A DNA stretch of 64,000 nt. Source: Alphaproteobacteria bacterium (GTDB lineage Bacteria > Pseudomonadota > Alphaproteobacteria > CALKHQ01). The position numbers and the translations under genes are program-made. Below, piece after piece: positions 21,823-30,430 of the stretch; positions within the stretch are counted from its first letter, which is position 1; every line of letters starts with the position of its first letter. The notes below the pieces were generated by a model. That model was not told where the DNA came from and searched no databases. It saw nothing but the letters and a program-made list of their open reading frames with translations. The DNA lies in assembly GCA_965227515.1 (NCBI GenBank), contig CBDDFZ010000001.1, positions 3,744,001 through 3,808,000 of the forward strand, in the 5' to 3' direction.

Positions 21823-22866
21823 ATGAGCCGCCCGCAGGCGCTGGTCTGGCTGATGGCGGCAACGACGATCGGCCTGGCGGTCGCGGAGCTGGCGTTGGGA
21901 CCGGTGAATCTGGGCCTTGCCGAGATCGGCCGCGCGTTCGCCACGCTGTTCTCCCAGGGCACAGGGACCGACCCGGTGGCCGAGACCATCGTCATTCACG
22001 TGCGCCTGCCGCGGGTTCTGCTCGGCATCGCGGTCGGTGGCGCGCTGGGCCTTTCCGGCTGCGCGCTGCAAGGCATCCTGCGCAACCCGCTGGCCGAACC
22101 GGGCCTGATCGGGATCTCGGCCGGCGCAGCCGCCGGAGCGGTCGCGATGATCGTGCTCGGCGACCTCCTTGTCGAGACTATCCCACAGGCAGCCCGAACC
22201 TATGCCGTGCCCCTCGCCGCCCTGGCCGGTGCCGGCGCGGTCACCGCGTTTGTATTCAACGTCTCCAGCCGCTCCGGGCAGACGTCTGTCGCAATGCTGA
22301 TCCTGGCCGGCGTGGCGGTCAACGCCATCGCGGCGGCCGCCATCGGTGCGCTCATGTTCGTGAGCACCGATCAGCAGTTGCGCGACCTGACGTTCTGGAC
22401 GCTGGGCGGCCTCGGTGCGGGCGATTGGATTTCCGTGGGGATCGCGGCCGCCGCAATCACCGTGGCATCGGCCGTGCTGTGGCGTTTGCGACTGGCCCTC
22501 GACCTGCTGCAACTGGGCGAGCGTGCCGCGTTTCATGCCGGGCTGCAGGTGGAACGCAGCAAGCGGCAGATCGCGCTCGCCACCACCCTGGCGGTGGGGT
22601 GCGCCACAGCCGTTGCCGGGCCGATCGGCTTTGTCGGGCTGGTCGCCCCGCATCTCGCCAGGCTGATGCTGGGTCCTGCGCACCGCAGATTGATGCCGGC
22701 CTCCGCCATCGTCGGTGCCAGCCTGGTCCTGGCGGCCGACCTGGTCGTCAGGACCGTGGTGCCGCCGGCCGAGCCGCCGATCGGGCTGGCAACCAGTCTG
22801 CTGGGTGGACCGTTCTTCCTGTGGCTGCTGCTGACGCGTCTGCGCAGGTCAGCACCGTATGCTTGA
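21823..22866 (+). CDS. hmuU: Heme ABC transporter permease (FecCD family)
   Basis: RLPRV, QGILRNPLAEPGLIG, IGFVGLVAPH, GGPFF. Confidence 0.93.
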   Translation: MSRPQALVWLMAATTIGLAVAELALGPVNLGLAEIGRAFATLFSQGTGTDPVAETIVIHVRLPRVLLGIAVGGALGLSGCALQGILRNPLAEPGLIGISAGAAAGAVAMIVLGDLLVETIPQAARTYAVPLAALAGAGAVTAFVFNVSSRSGQTSVAMLILAGVAVNAIAAAAIGALMFVSTDQQLRDLTFWTLGGLGAGDWISVGIAAAAITVASAVLWRLRLALDLLQLGERAAFHAGLQVERSKRQIALATTLAVGCATAVAGPIGFVGLVAPHLARLMLGPAHRRLMPASAIVGASLVLAADLVVRTVVPPAEPPIGLATSLLGGPFFLWLLLTRLRRSAPYA

Positions 22867-23704
22867 GGTCCGGTCTCTATCCCTGCGGCTTGGCGAGACA
22901 ATTGTCCTCGACAATGTGACGCTGTCGCTTCCCGAAGGCGAGATGACAGCGGTCTGCGGCCCGAACGGGGCCGGAAAGTCGTCGTTGCTGTCCGTACTTG
23001 CCGGCGACCGCCAGCCCAGCCAGGGCACCGCGCTGTGCGACGGCCTGCCCATGGCACAATACCCCGCGAATGCGCTCGCCGCACGGCGTGCGGTGCTCGA
23101 GCAGTCACCGAAGTTGGATGCGCCGTTCAGCGTACGGGATCTGACGGAATTTGGCCTTGCCAGCATGCCGGCACTCGCGCCGTCCGAGGTAACCGCCATC
23201 GTAGACCGGGCGCTTTCCATGGCAGGCGTGGCACACCTCTCGCAGCGCACGGTGAACACGTTGTCAGGCGGCGAGCGCCACAGGGCCCACCTGGCCAGGG
23301 TCTTGGCCCAGACTGCCGGCGGGCGGGCGCTTGGTCATGGCCGCCATCTCCTGCTCGACGAGCCAACCGCCAGCCTGGACCTCCGCCACCAGATCGGCAT
23401 CCTGAGGGCGGTGCAGGCATTGACCGATATTGGGACCGGGGTCCTGATCGTTCTGCACGATCTCAACCTTGCAGCCGCGTTCTGCGACAGGGTGATCCTG
23501 CTCGGCCAGGGCCGGGTGGTTGCCGATGGAGCGCCGGAAGACGTGCTGACGTCAGAGGGCCTAAGCACGCTGTTCGAGGCCCCGATCGCGGTGTCCCATG
23601 CGCCGGGACGGGCCTTGCGCGTTACGCCGGACCTGTCCAGCCGCGCTGTTTGCCGGCGGACCCCGAACGCCGCCGCGCGGGGCCGTTCCGCAACGGCTAC
23701 CTGA
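22859..23704 (+). CDS. hmuV: Heme ABC transporter ATP-binding protein
   Basis: GPNGAGKSS, LSGGERHRAHLARVLAQ, LLDEPTASLD, LHDLNLAA. Confidence 0.92.
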   Translation: MLEVRSLSLRLGETIVLDNVTLSLPEGEMTAVCGPNGAGKSSLLSVLAGDRQPSQGTALCDGLPMAQYPANALAARRAVLEQSPKLDAPFSVRDLTEFGLASMPALAPSEVTAIVDRALSMAGVAHLSQRTVNTLSGGERHRAHLARVLAQTAGGRALGHGRHLLLDEPTASLDLRHQIGILRAVQALTDIGTGVLIVLHDLNLAAAFCDRVILLGQGRVVADGAPEDVLTSEGLSTLFEAPIAVSHAPGRALRVTPDLSSRAVCRRTPNAAARGRSATAT

Positions 23705-24008
23705 GCTCCTGCACCGCCTCGAAACCCTCGAACTGCGGATGACCCAGATAGAGCCCCCGATTCTGGCCGGCATCGGCATGAGCGCGCCGGAACGCTTCCG
23801 ACTTCGTCCAATCCTCGAAGGCGGACTGCGAGGCCCATTCGGTGTGCGAGGCGTAGAGCGTGTGGTCGTCGTTTTCCGGCCCCTTCAGCAGGTGAAAGGA
23901 CTTGAAGCCGGGCACCGAACGCAACTGGCTGTCGCGGGTTTTCCACACCTGCTCGAAATCGGCCTCGCTGCCGCGCCGCACCTGAAACCTGTTCATTGCG
24001 ATAAACAT
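23697..24008 (-). CDS. Antibiotic biosynthesis monooxygenase family, IsdG/HmuQ-like heme-degrading enzyme
   Basis: MFIAMNRF, VPGF, WTKSEAFRRAH (N/W/H triad of IsdG-type enzymes); adjacent to hmu genes. Confidence 0.85.
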   Translation of the reverse strand: MFIAMNRFQVRRGSEADFEQVWKTRDSQLRSVPGFKSFHLLKGPENDDHTLYASHTEWASQSAFEDWTKSEAFRRAHADAGQNRGLYLGHPQFEGFEAVQELR

Positions 24009-24093
24009 CTGGAAGTCGCCTCTACCTGTTTGGTTGGCGGAGCATCGCGCGTCGGCAATCCTCGCCCCTGGTCCTCACGTGCCGCTCAGTTTA

Positions 24094-24114
24094 TGCGAAT
24101 GATACGCACTCGCA
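24094..24114. promoter_or_regulatory. Overlapping Fur-like boxes upstream of the heme-degrading monooxygenase
   Basis: TGCGAATGATACGCA (24094-24108) and TGATACGCACTCGCA (24100-24114), same pattern as 18646-18707. Confidence 0.6.
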
Positions 24115-24313
24115 ACAAAAATCCCCTGAGGGGTGTCGAAAACCAGGCAGCGAGGTAGCTGGAATGAAGTTCGATCCGGCAAGCCGTCAGACCGTTGGGT
24201 TTGACGCCGCCTGGTTTCTGATACCGGGGTCTGGCCTGCAACGCTTCGGGCGGCTCCAAGAGCCTTCATTGGCTTTCGCGTTCGGGCACGAACCGTGTTG
24301 ATCGTGGTGCGTC

Positions 24314-24538
24314 CTAGAGCAGCAACAATGCCAACACGGCATAAGTGATAACCGTGCCGATCAGAACGATCCCGACGACCCTGGCACCGGACCGGCGATC
24401 CCGCCGATCATCGCGGCGTCTCGCAATTCGGCGTTGGCGCGCGCCCGCGACTTTTCGACGAGATTTGCCGGGTGGCGGCTCCGCCAGACCGATCATTGGA
24501 CGAGCCGGAGCCACGCTCGCCGGGTCGATGTGTTCCAT
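24314..24538 (-). CDS. Small membrane protein, last gene of the alginate-like operon
   Basis: 74 aa; starts 8 bp after the upstream stop; Arg-rich stretch, then a C-terminal TM helix (VVGIVLIGTVITYAVLALLLL). Confidence 0.55.
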   Translation of the reverse strand: MEHIDPASVAPARPMIGLAEPPPGKSRRKVAGARQRRIARRRDDRRDRRSGARVVGIVLIGTVITYAVLALLLL

Positions 24539-24546
24539 GTTGCCTG

Positions 24547-26955
24547 CTACTGCGATTCACTGCATGCGGCCGGGAGCCGCCCCAACAGGCTATCGAGCAG
24601 GTCCTGCGCTTCGGCGCGTTGAGCATCGGTTAGCGCTGACGACACGTTGTTGAGCCTGTCGCGCGCACCGATGATGCCCGCATCGGCCGCAATCGCGTAG
24701 TAGGCATAGGCGCTTTGAAAATCCGGCCGTGCCGCGGCCAGGCCCGAGAGATAGATGCCGCCAAGCCGTTCGGCCGCCAGATACCAGCCCGCATCAAGGG
24801 CTTCGCGGTAAAGCGTCACGGCGGAATCGCCACCGTCGCGGCTGGCTTCCTCGGCCTGGATCAGCGCGAGGCGCCCGGACTCGCAGACGTTGCTCGTGCC
24901 CGCCAGATTGAGTTCGAGCTGCGGCTGGATGATGGCCGCCAGGCTGGCATCCGCCGCCGCAAGGTCGCGCAGTTCCTCGAACGCGCCGCGAACGCCTTGA
25001 CTGTGGGCTTCCAGCAGGTAAGGCACGGCCTCGGCCGACCGGCGCAACTCGATCAACACCACGCCGTACCAGTACGCCGCCACCGCGTCGCCCCCGCTCA
25101 CCGTTGGCTGCGTCAGACTGAGCGCGGTCTGCAATCTCGCTGGGTCGTCCGAGAACCGCGCAACCGTCCGCAACAGGCGGAAGGCGGACCGGCCATCGCC
25201 GGCACGCACCGCCTGCTCGTAGTAGGTCATTGCCTCGGCTGTCGACGGGCCCGACGCGTTGTCCATGGCCAGGTCACCGAGTATGCGGAACGCCCGCGCC
25301 TCGCCCTGGTTGGACGCCTGAACCAGCAGGTTGCGGGCCCGCGCCATGTTGTCGGCGCCGCCCTGGCCGATCAGCAGCGTGGCCAGTTCCAGCCGGGCTT
25401 CCGAATTCCCGGTCGCAGCCGCCCTGTCCAGAACGCCAATCAGGGTGGCTGTGTCGGCCAGGTTCGGGCGCTCCTCGACCAGTTTCGATAACCGCACTGC
25501 CGCCGACGCATTGCCGGCCTGCGCGGCGCGCAGATAGCTGTTCGCCGCAGCCTCGTAGTCGCCGCCTTCCTCCTGGATCCGGCCAAGGTCATACAGAGCA
25601 CCAGCGTCGCCCGATTGCGCCGCCTGTTGTAGCGCGGCGACAGACTGCGGGCCGGCCCCGCCCCCAACCAGGCGCGCGAGCCGGTCGGCGGCGTCGCCAC
25701 GGCCGCCGTTCGCGGCAAGCTGGTAGTAGCGGATCGCCTGCTGAACGTTGGCGATGTCCCTGCCGCCGGATTCCAGCACCCGGCCGACGCGGTAGTACAC
25801 TTCAGGGTCGCCAAGCAGGTCGGCCCAGGCGATGACGATGGCGAGTGCCGGCGCGCGGTTGCCGTCCGGGTCCGTCACGCCATCCTCGAACAGGTTGAGT
25901 ATTCGGCGCGGTGCGGCGTCACGGCCGGCGGCATACGCCGCTTCCAAGTATGCGTAAGCTTCGCCGCGACGGCCGTCGGGCCCGTCGGCAAGGATCGCCC
26001 CGGCGTCATACGCCAGGTCGGGCTGGCCGGCGTCGATAAGCTGCCGGTAGATGGCCAGCGCCTCGTCGATCCGCCCTGTTGTAGCATAGAGATCGGCCAG
26101 ATCCTCGCGCGCCTCCGACGAGCCGGCGGCGTTGGCCTGCATGAATGCGCTTTCGGCCGCCGCCGGATCGTAACCCGGCGCGCCCGGATCTGACGCTATC
26201 CTGCCGAGCACGACATGGCCGCGCGCGTCGCCCCGGTCGATTGCGTAGCCGGCGTATTCGATCGCCCTGGCGCGATTGGCATATGCCGACCCTGGCTCGC
26301 TGTACAACCGAGCCAGGTTGACTGAGGCGCTGGCGTTGCCGCGAACATGCGCCCGTTCCAGCAATTCCATCCCGCGCACACGGTCGACCCGACCATATTG
26401 CGGGTCGAGGTAGATAACGCCGAGGTCGACGAGCGCCGACGTATTGTTTTGCGATGCCAGCGCTTCAAGCAACTCGATCGCACGCGCAATGTCGCGCGGC
26501 CGCCCGCCACCACCGGTCAGTTCGAGCCGCGCGAGCTCCAACTGGGCGGAATCGGAACCGCGCAATGTCGAAAGCACCAGCAAGTCGCGCGTCCGCTCCG
26601 GCGCCAGGTCGACCTCGCCGCGCGCCGACAAGATCGCGAGCCTTTCGCTGGCCCGCGGCTCGCCACGTCGCTGCGCCTCTTCGTACAGCTCCACTGCCCG
26701 GGCGACATCCAACGGCACACCGTCGCCGGTTTCGTAGGCGCGGCCACGGTCGTAGAAGTCACGGGCCGTTTCCAGTCGGACGCCCTGGTCCTGCTGCGCC
26801 TGGGTGGGCGTGAAGCTCGGCCTGTTGCCGCCGACGCACCCCGCCAGCGCCAGCGCCAGCGCACAGTAACCGAGGCCCCTGCCCAGGGGACGGAGTCCTA
26901 TCGTGGAGAGTGGCCGGCTTCGGCGGGACCGCTCCAGTCTATCGATGTCAACCAT
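24547..26955 (-). CDS. Sel1/TPR-repeat lipoprotein (AlgK-like scaffold candidate), ~802 aa
   Basis: Start ATG 26955, 2 bp after upstream stop; lipobox LALAG-C; many Sel1 repeats (A..LG..Y...G...D...A...Y..AA..G). Confidence 0.8.
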   Translation of the reverse strand: MVDIDRLERSRRSRPLSTIGLRPLGRGLGYCALALALAGCVGGNRPSFTPTQAQQDQGVRLETARDFYDRGRAYETGDGVPLDVARAVELYEEAQRRGEPRASERLAILSARGEVDLAPERTRDLLVLSTLRGSDSAQLELARLELTGGGGRPRDIARAIELLEALASQNNTSALVDLGVIYLDPQYGRVDRVRGMELLERAHVRGNASASVNLARLYSEPGSAYANRARAIEYAGYAIDRGDARGHVVLGRIASDPGAPGYDPAAAESAFMQANAAGSSEAREDLADLYATTGRIDEALAIYRQLIDAGQPDLAYDAGAILADGPDGRRGEAYAYLEAAYAAGRDAAPRRILNLFEDGVTDPDGNRAPALAIVIAWADLLGDPEVYYRVGRVLESGGRDIANVQQAIRYYQLAANGGRGDAADRLARLVGGGAGPQSVAALQQAAQSGDAGALYDLGRIQEEGGDYEAAANSYLRAAQAGNASAAVRLSKLVEERPNLADTATLIGVLDRAAATGNSEARLELATLLIGQGGADNMARARNLLVQASNQGEARAFRILGDLAMDNASGPSTAEAMTYYEQAVRAGDGRSAFRLLRTVARFSDDPARLQTALSLTQPTVSGGDAVAAYWYGVVLIELRRSAEAVPYLLEAHSQGVRGAFEELRDLAAADASLAAIIQPQLELNLAGTSNVCESGRLALIQAEEASRDGGDSAVTLYREALDAGWYLAAERLGGIYLSGLAAARPDFQSAYAYYAIAADAGIIGARDRLNNVSSALTDAQRAEAQDLLDSLLGRLPAACSESQ

Positions 26956-26957
26956 GG

Positions 26958-29234
26958 TCAGCTCTGGCTTTCCTGAGACTGCAGCATGCGCCCCAGCTCG
27001 CTTCCCGCCTGGAAGAAACCGTTCTCGGAAGCCTGGCGCATCCAGTAGATGGCACGCTCCAAATCGGGCTCGCTGAGGAGCCCGCGCTCCAGCGCCACGG
27101 CAAGCTGGAACTGCGCCTCGCTGTCGCCGCTGTTGGCCGCACGCTCCAGCCACGAGAGCGCCGCGACATTGTCCGCGCCTTCCAGTTCGCCGAACGCGAT
27201 CAGGTTCGACATGTAGATCATCGCCGGCACATGGCCGGCCTCTGCCGCCATGAGAAGCCAGTCGTACGCCCGCTCGAAATCGGTGGGCACGACGCCGCCG
27301 GCGGTATACATCAGTCCCAGTTCGGTCGCCGCCGCGACATTGCCTGCCTCCGCACTGGCGGTGAAGTACTCCATCGCGAGGCGCTGATTGATCTCGGCCC
27401 CAATGCCAGTCGCGAAGGCCCGGCCCAGATAGTACTGCGCCTCGACATTGCCCGCCGCGAGCGCGGCCTTGTAGAGTTCGACGGCCTGGTAGGGATCGAA
27501 CTGGCCGGCGGAGCCGTCCCAGTAGGTTCCGGCCAACTCGACCATGGCGTCGGTGTTGCCGAGGTCCACCGCGCGCTCCAGCCACTCCAAGCCTTCCTCG
27601 GTGGTGCCGGCATCGCCCATCTCACCTCGCACGATTGCACGTCCAAGGTCGAGCATATGGTCGCTGGACCCGTTCTCGGCCACGCGCCGGGCCTCGGTCA
27701 GCCACTCCGCGGCATGCTCATCGGACTTGTCGACGCCGATGCCCTGGGCGTAGTGCCGCGCCACCTCGACGATGCCGCGGAAATAGCCGCGTTCCGCGCT
27801 CTGGCGGTAATAAGCGAACGACTGTTCCGGGTCCGGTTCGGCATAGCCGTCATCGCCATGGGCCACGCCGAGGTAGTAAAGCGCGCGCCCGTCGCCCTGC
27901 GCACCGGCGTCGCGCAACAGGCGCAGGCCGTTCTCGGGATCGTAGAGCGGCGAACCCGGATCGGCCTCCAGCTTGATCATGGCCAGTCCGATCGTCGCCG
28001 ACGTCGTCAATGGACGCCCGTTCTCGAGGGACTCCACCACCGTGACGGCGCGGTCGATCCGCCCGGTCGCGACCAGAACCTCGATCAGGTCGATGCTTGC
28101 GCTGACATCGCCCAGGAACGCCGCACGTTGCAGCAGCCGCTGCTCGGCGACCACGTCACCACTGCTGCCGGCCAGCCGTGCGGCAAGGCGGAAGGCGCGC
28201 GCCTCGTTGACCGCCATCGCGCGGTCGAGCCATTGCTGCGCAACGGTCGAGGGCACGTCCATCGCCGACGCCTCGTCGACCAGCAGGGTGCGGGCCAGGA
28301 TGATCGCCGCATTAGCCGAACCTTCGCTGGCGGCCTGGATCAAGAGGTCGCGGGCACGGGTCGGATCGGGTGCACCGTATGTCGGGTCCAGGTACATCTC
28401 GGCGCGACCGACCATGGCGTTCGCGTCGCCCCTGGCCACCGCATAATCAAGCCAGTTCAGCGCCTGGGCGACATCCTGCTCGATGGCAGGATGGCTGAGA
28501 TATGCCTGGGCCAGGTCCACCGCCTCGCCGGTGTCACCCTGCAGCGCATTCTGGCGCAGCATGGCGATGCCAAGCCTTGCCATGCCCTCCGCCTCGGCAA
28601 GGTCCTCCTCGGAGCCGCGGACGATCAACTGGCGCGACAGCAGCAGGGCTGCACGCCCCTCGCCTGCATTCAGGGCTCGGCGCAGCCACGGTTCGCTGGC
28701 CGCCATGTCGGCGGGCGCGCCAACGACGCCTTCGGCCAACGCCCGGCCGAGCTGCAGCGCCGCCGGGCCGTAGCCCGAGGAGGCGGCCTGCTCCAGCATC
28801 GTGCGCGCGGTCGCCAGGTCTTCCGCCGACTCCCGGGTTTCGATCAGCAGCAACGCCAGCTCGTATCTCGAGCGGTTGAGCAGCCGGCGCGCATCGCGCC
28901 CCGGCTCACCGTCCAGCACCTCCACTGCGCGCCTGAGGACGGCAATCGCCTGCTCGGCGTCGGACTGCCACAGGATGTGAGGGCTGGGATGGTTGCTGAG
29001 GTACCGGCCCAACTCGAACAGAACCGCGCCGTTATCGCTGGCACTCATTTCGGTCACCAGCGTGTCGATCAGTTCCTGATCGTTGGACAGCACTGCCGTG
29101 CGCAGGAGATCCAGCTGGTCGACCGTGCCTTCGGCCTCGACCGCGTCGACCGACTGCGCGTTCACGGGCAGCGGGTTCACGACGGCCAGTCCGGCGCTCA
29201 GAATGGCTGCACTCGCCAGAAGCATTTTTCTCAT
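26958..29234 (-). CDS. Periplasmic Sel1-repeat protein, ~758 aa
   Basis: Signal peptide MRKMLLASAAILSAGLAV..VNA-Q after an AAGGGGG RBS; canonical Sel1 repeats (EAQYYLGRAFATGIG, EAQFQLAVALERG). Confidence 0.85.
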   Translation of the reverse strand: MRKMLLASAAILSAGLAVVNPLPVNAQSVDAVEAEGTVDQLDLLRTAVLSNDQELIDTLVTEMSASDNGAVLFELGRYLSNHPSPHILWQSDAEQAIAVLRRAVEVLDGEPGRDARRLLNRSRYELALLLIETRESAEDLATARTMLEQAASSGYGPAALQLGRALAEGVVGAPADMAASEPWLRRALNAGEGRAALLLSRQLIVRGSEEDLAEAEGMARLGIAMLRQNALQGDTGEAVDLAQAYLSHPAIEQDVAQALNWLDYAVARGDANAMVGRAEMYLDPTYGAPDPTRARDLLIQAASEGSANAAIILARTLLVDEASAMDVPSTVAQQWLDRAMAVNEARAFRLAARLAGSSGDVVAEQRLLQRAAFLGDVSASIDLIEVLVATGRIDRAVTVVESLENGRPLTTSATIGLAMIKLEADPGSPLYDPENGLRLLRDAGAQGDGRALYYLGVAHGDDGYAEPDPEQSFAYYRQSAERGYFRGIVEVARHYAQGIGVDKSDEHAAEWLTEARRVAENGSSDHMLDLGRAIVRGEMGDAGTTEEGLEWLERAVDLGNTDAMVELAGTYWDGSAGQFDPYQAVELYKAALAAGNVEAQYYLGRAFATGIGAEINQRLAMEYFTASAEAGNVAAATELGLMYTAGGVVPTDFERAYDWLLMAAEAGHVPAMIYMSNLIAFGELEGADNVAALSWLERAANSGDSEAQFQLAVALERGLLSEPDLERAIYWMRQASENGFFQAGSELGRMLQSQESQS

Positions 29235-29269
29235 GATTATCCCCCCTTCTTGAGGTTGTCGGTCATGCG

Positions 29270-30430
29270 CTATTGCAGGTCGGCGCCGTTCGGTTCCCAC
29301 CAGAAGCATGTCGCGTTGCCGCCCGCGTAGTCGTCGATCAGCGGGCGCACAGGCGCCAGTTCCAGGTCGCGAAAGGCTTCGATGGTGGAAATGTCGTAGG
29401 CTGCCAGAACAGGCTGATGGCCCAGCTCGGTCCATGCCATGTAGTGCCGCTGGTGGCCGCGGGTTTCCATGAACCCCACGTCCTGCAGCCGGTAGTCCGC
29501 CGTGGGCCCCGGAATGTAGTTCTGGGCGGCGTAGGGGAAGATCAGCGCCGGCTCGACCAGCACAGTTCCCAGATAGTCCAGAATGGACTGGAAGCCCGCC
29601 TTTCCATCGCCGGACGTCAGGTCGATGCCATTCAGGGCCGCGACCTGAGCCATCAGGGCAAGCTCACCTGTCGACATGTTCGTGTACCACATCGCGCGGG
29701 CGCCACGGCGCGCCTCCAGCGGCAGGCTGCCGTCCGCACGCGCCTGGCCCAGCGCGATGTTGAAGCGCTCCACGCCCTTGTCGATGAGTTCGGCGTCGCC
29801 CACGATCGAACCCCACGTCATAAGGGCGGCGTCGGCGAGGTAGCGATGGTTGTTGTGGTCCACGTCCCCGTCGAAGGTGGCATCCAGCCGGCGCACGATG
29901 CCGTCGATCCACCGCTCTACCAGCTCGCGCTGGTCCGGCGTCATGTCGTCGGCGGCGATGCGGAACGCCACCATGGTGGGCAGCATCACGCGCTTGGTCG
30001 CATAGAACGGGTCGTAGTGTGTCGGCGTTTCGCCCAGCGCATCGGCCTCGGCCCAGGCCACCAGACCGTCGATCAGACTCTCGGAGGCGACCGCGTCGCC
30101 CGCCAGGCTGCGGCCGGCCAGCACCATGATCGACCAGGAAAACGCCTCGGCCCGGTTGTCGGTGCCGTACTCGTCGGTCGGGCCGAGGCCGGCGATGGGG
30201 TCGGCGATCGGCAGGACCTCTTCTGCCTCCGCAGCCATGCACGCCGCGAGCGCAGGCGCGTATTCCGGCTGTTGCAACAGACCCCGCCGCACATCGACGT
30301 CGAACACCGCCGGCCCGTAGGCCCCATCGGCGGCGTGTGCGGAGACCGACGCCAGCATCGCACCGCCGGCCAGCAGGCACCGCAGGCCCAGCCGCGCGGG
30401 CCGGACGGTTGAGACTTTCAACGGGTTCAT
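29270..30430 (-). CDS. algL: Periplasmic alginate lyase, PL5 (AlgL-like)
   Basis: Signal peptide ..SAHA-A; NNHRY (PL5 NNHSYW variant); DGSLPLEARRGARAMWY catalytic Tyr region; ATGA overlap with algG. Confidence 0.8.
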   Translation of the reverse strand: MNPLKVSTVRPARLGLRCLLAGGAMLASVSAHAADGAYGPAVFDVDVRRGLLQQPEYAPALAACMAAEAEEVLPIADPIAGLGPTDEYGTDNRAEAFSWSIMVLAGRSLAGDAVASESLIDGLVAWAEADALGETPTHYDPFYATKRVMLPTMVAFRIAADDMTPDQRELVERWIDGIVRRLDATFDGDVDHNNHRYLADAALMTWGSIVGDAELIDKGVERFNIALGQARADGSLPLEARRGARAMWYTNMSTGELALMAQVAALNGIDLTSGDGKAGFQSILDYLGTVLVEPALIFPYAAQNYIPGPTADYRLQDVGFMETRGHQRHYMAWTELGHQPVLAAYDISTIEAFRDLELAPVRPLIDDYAGGNATCFWWEPNGADLQ

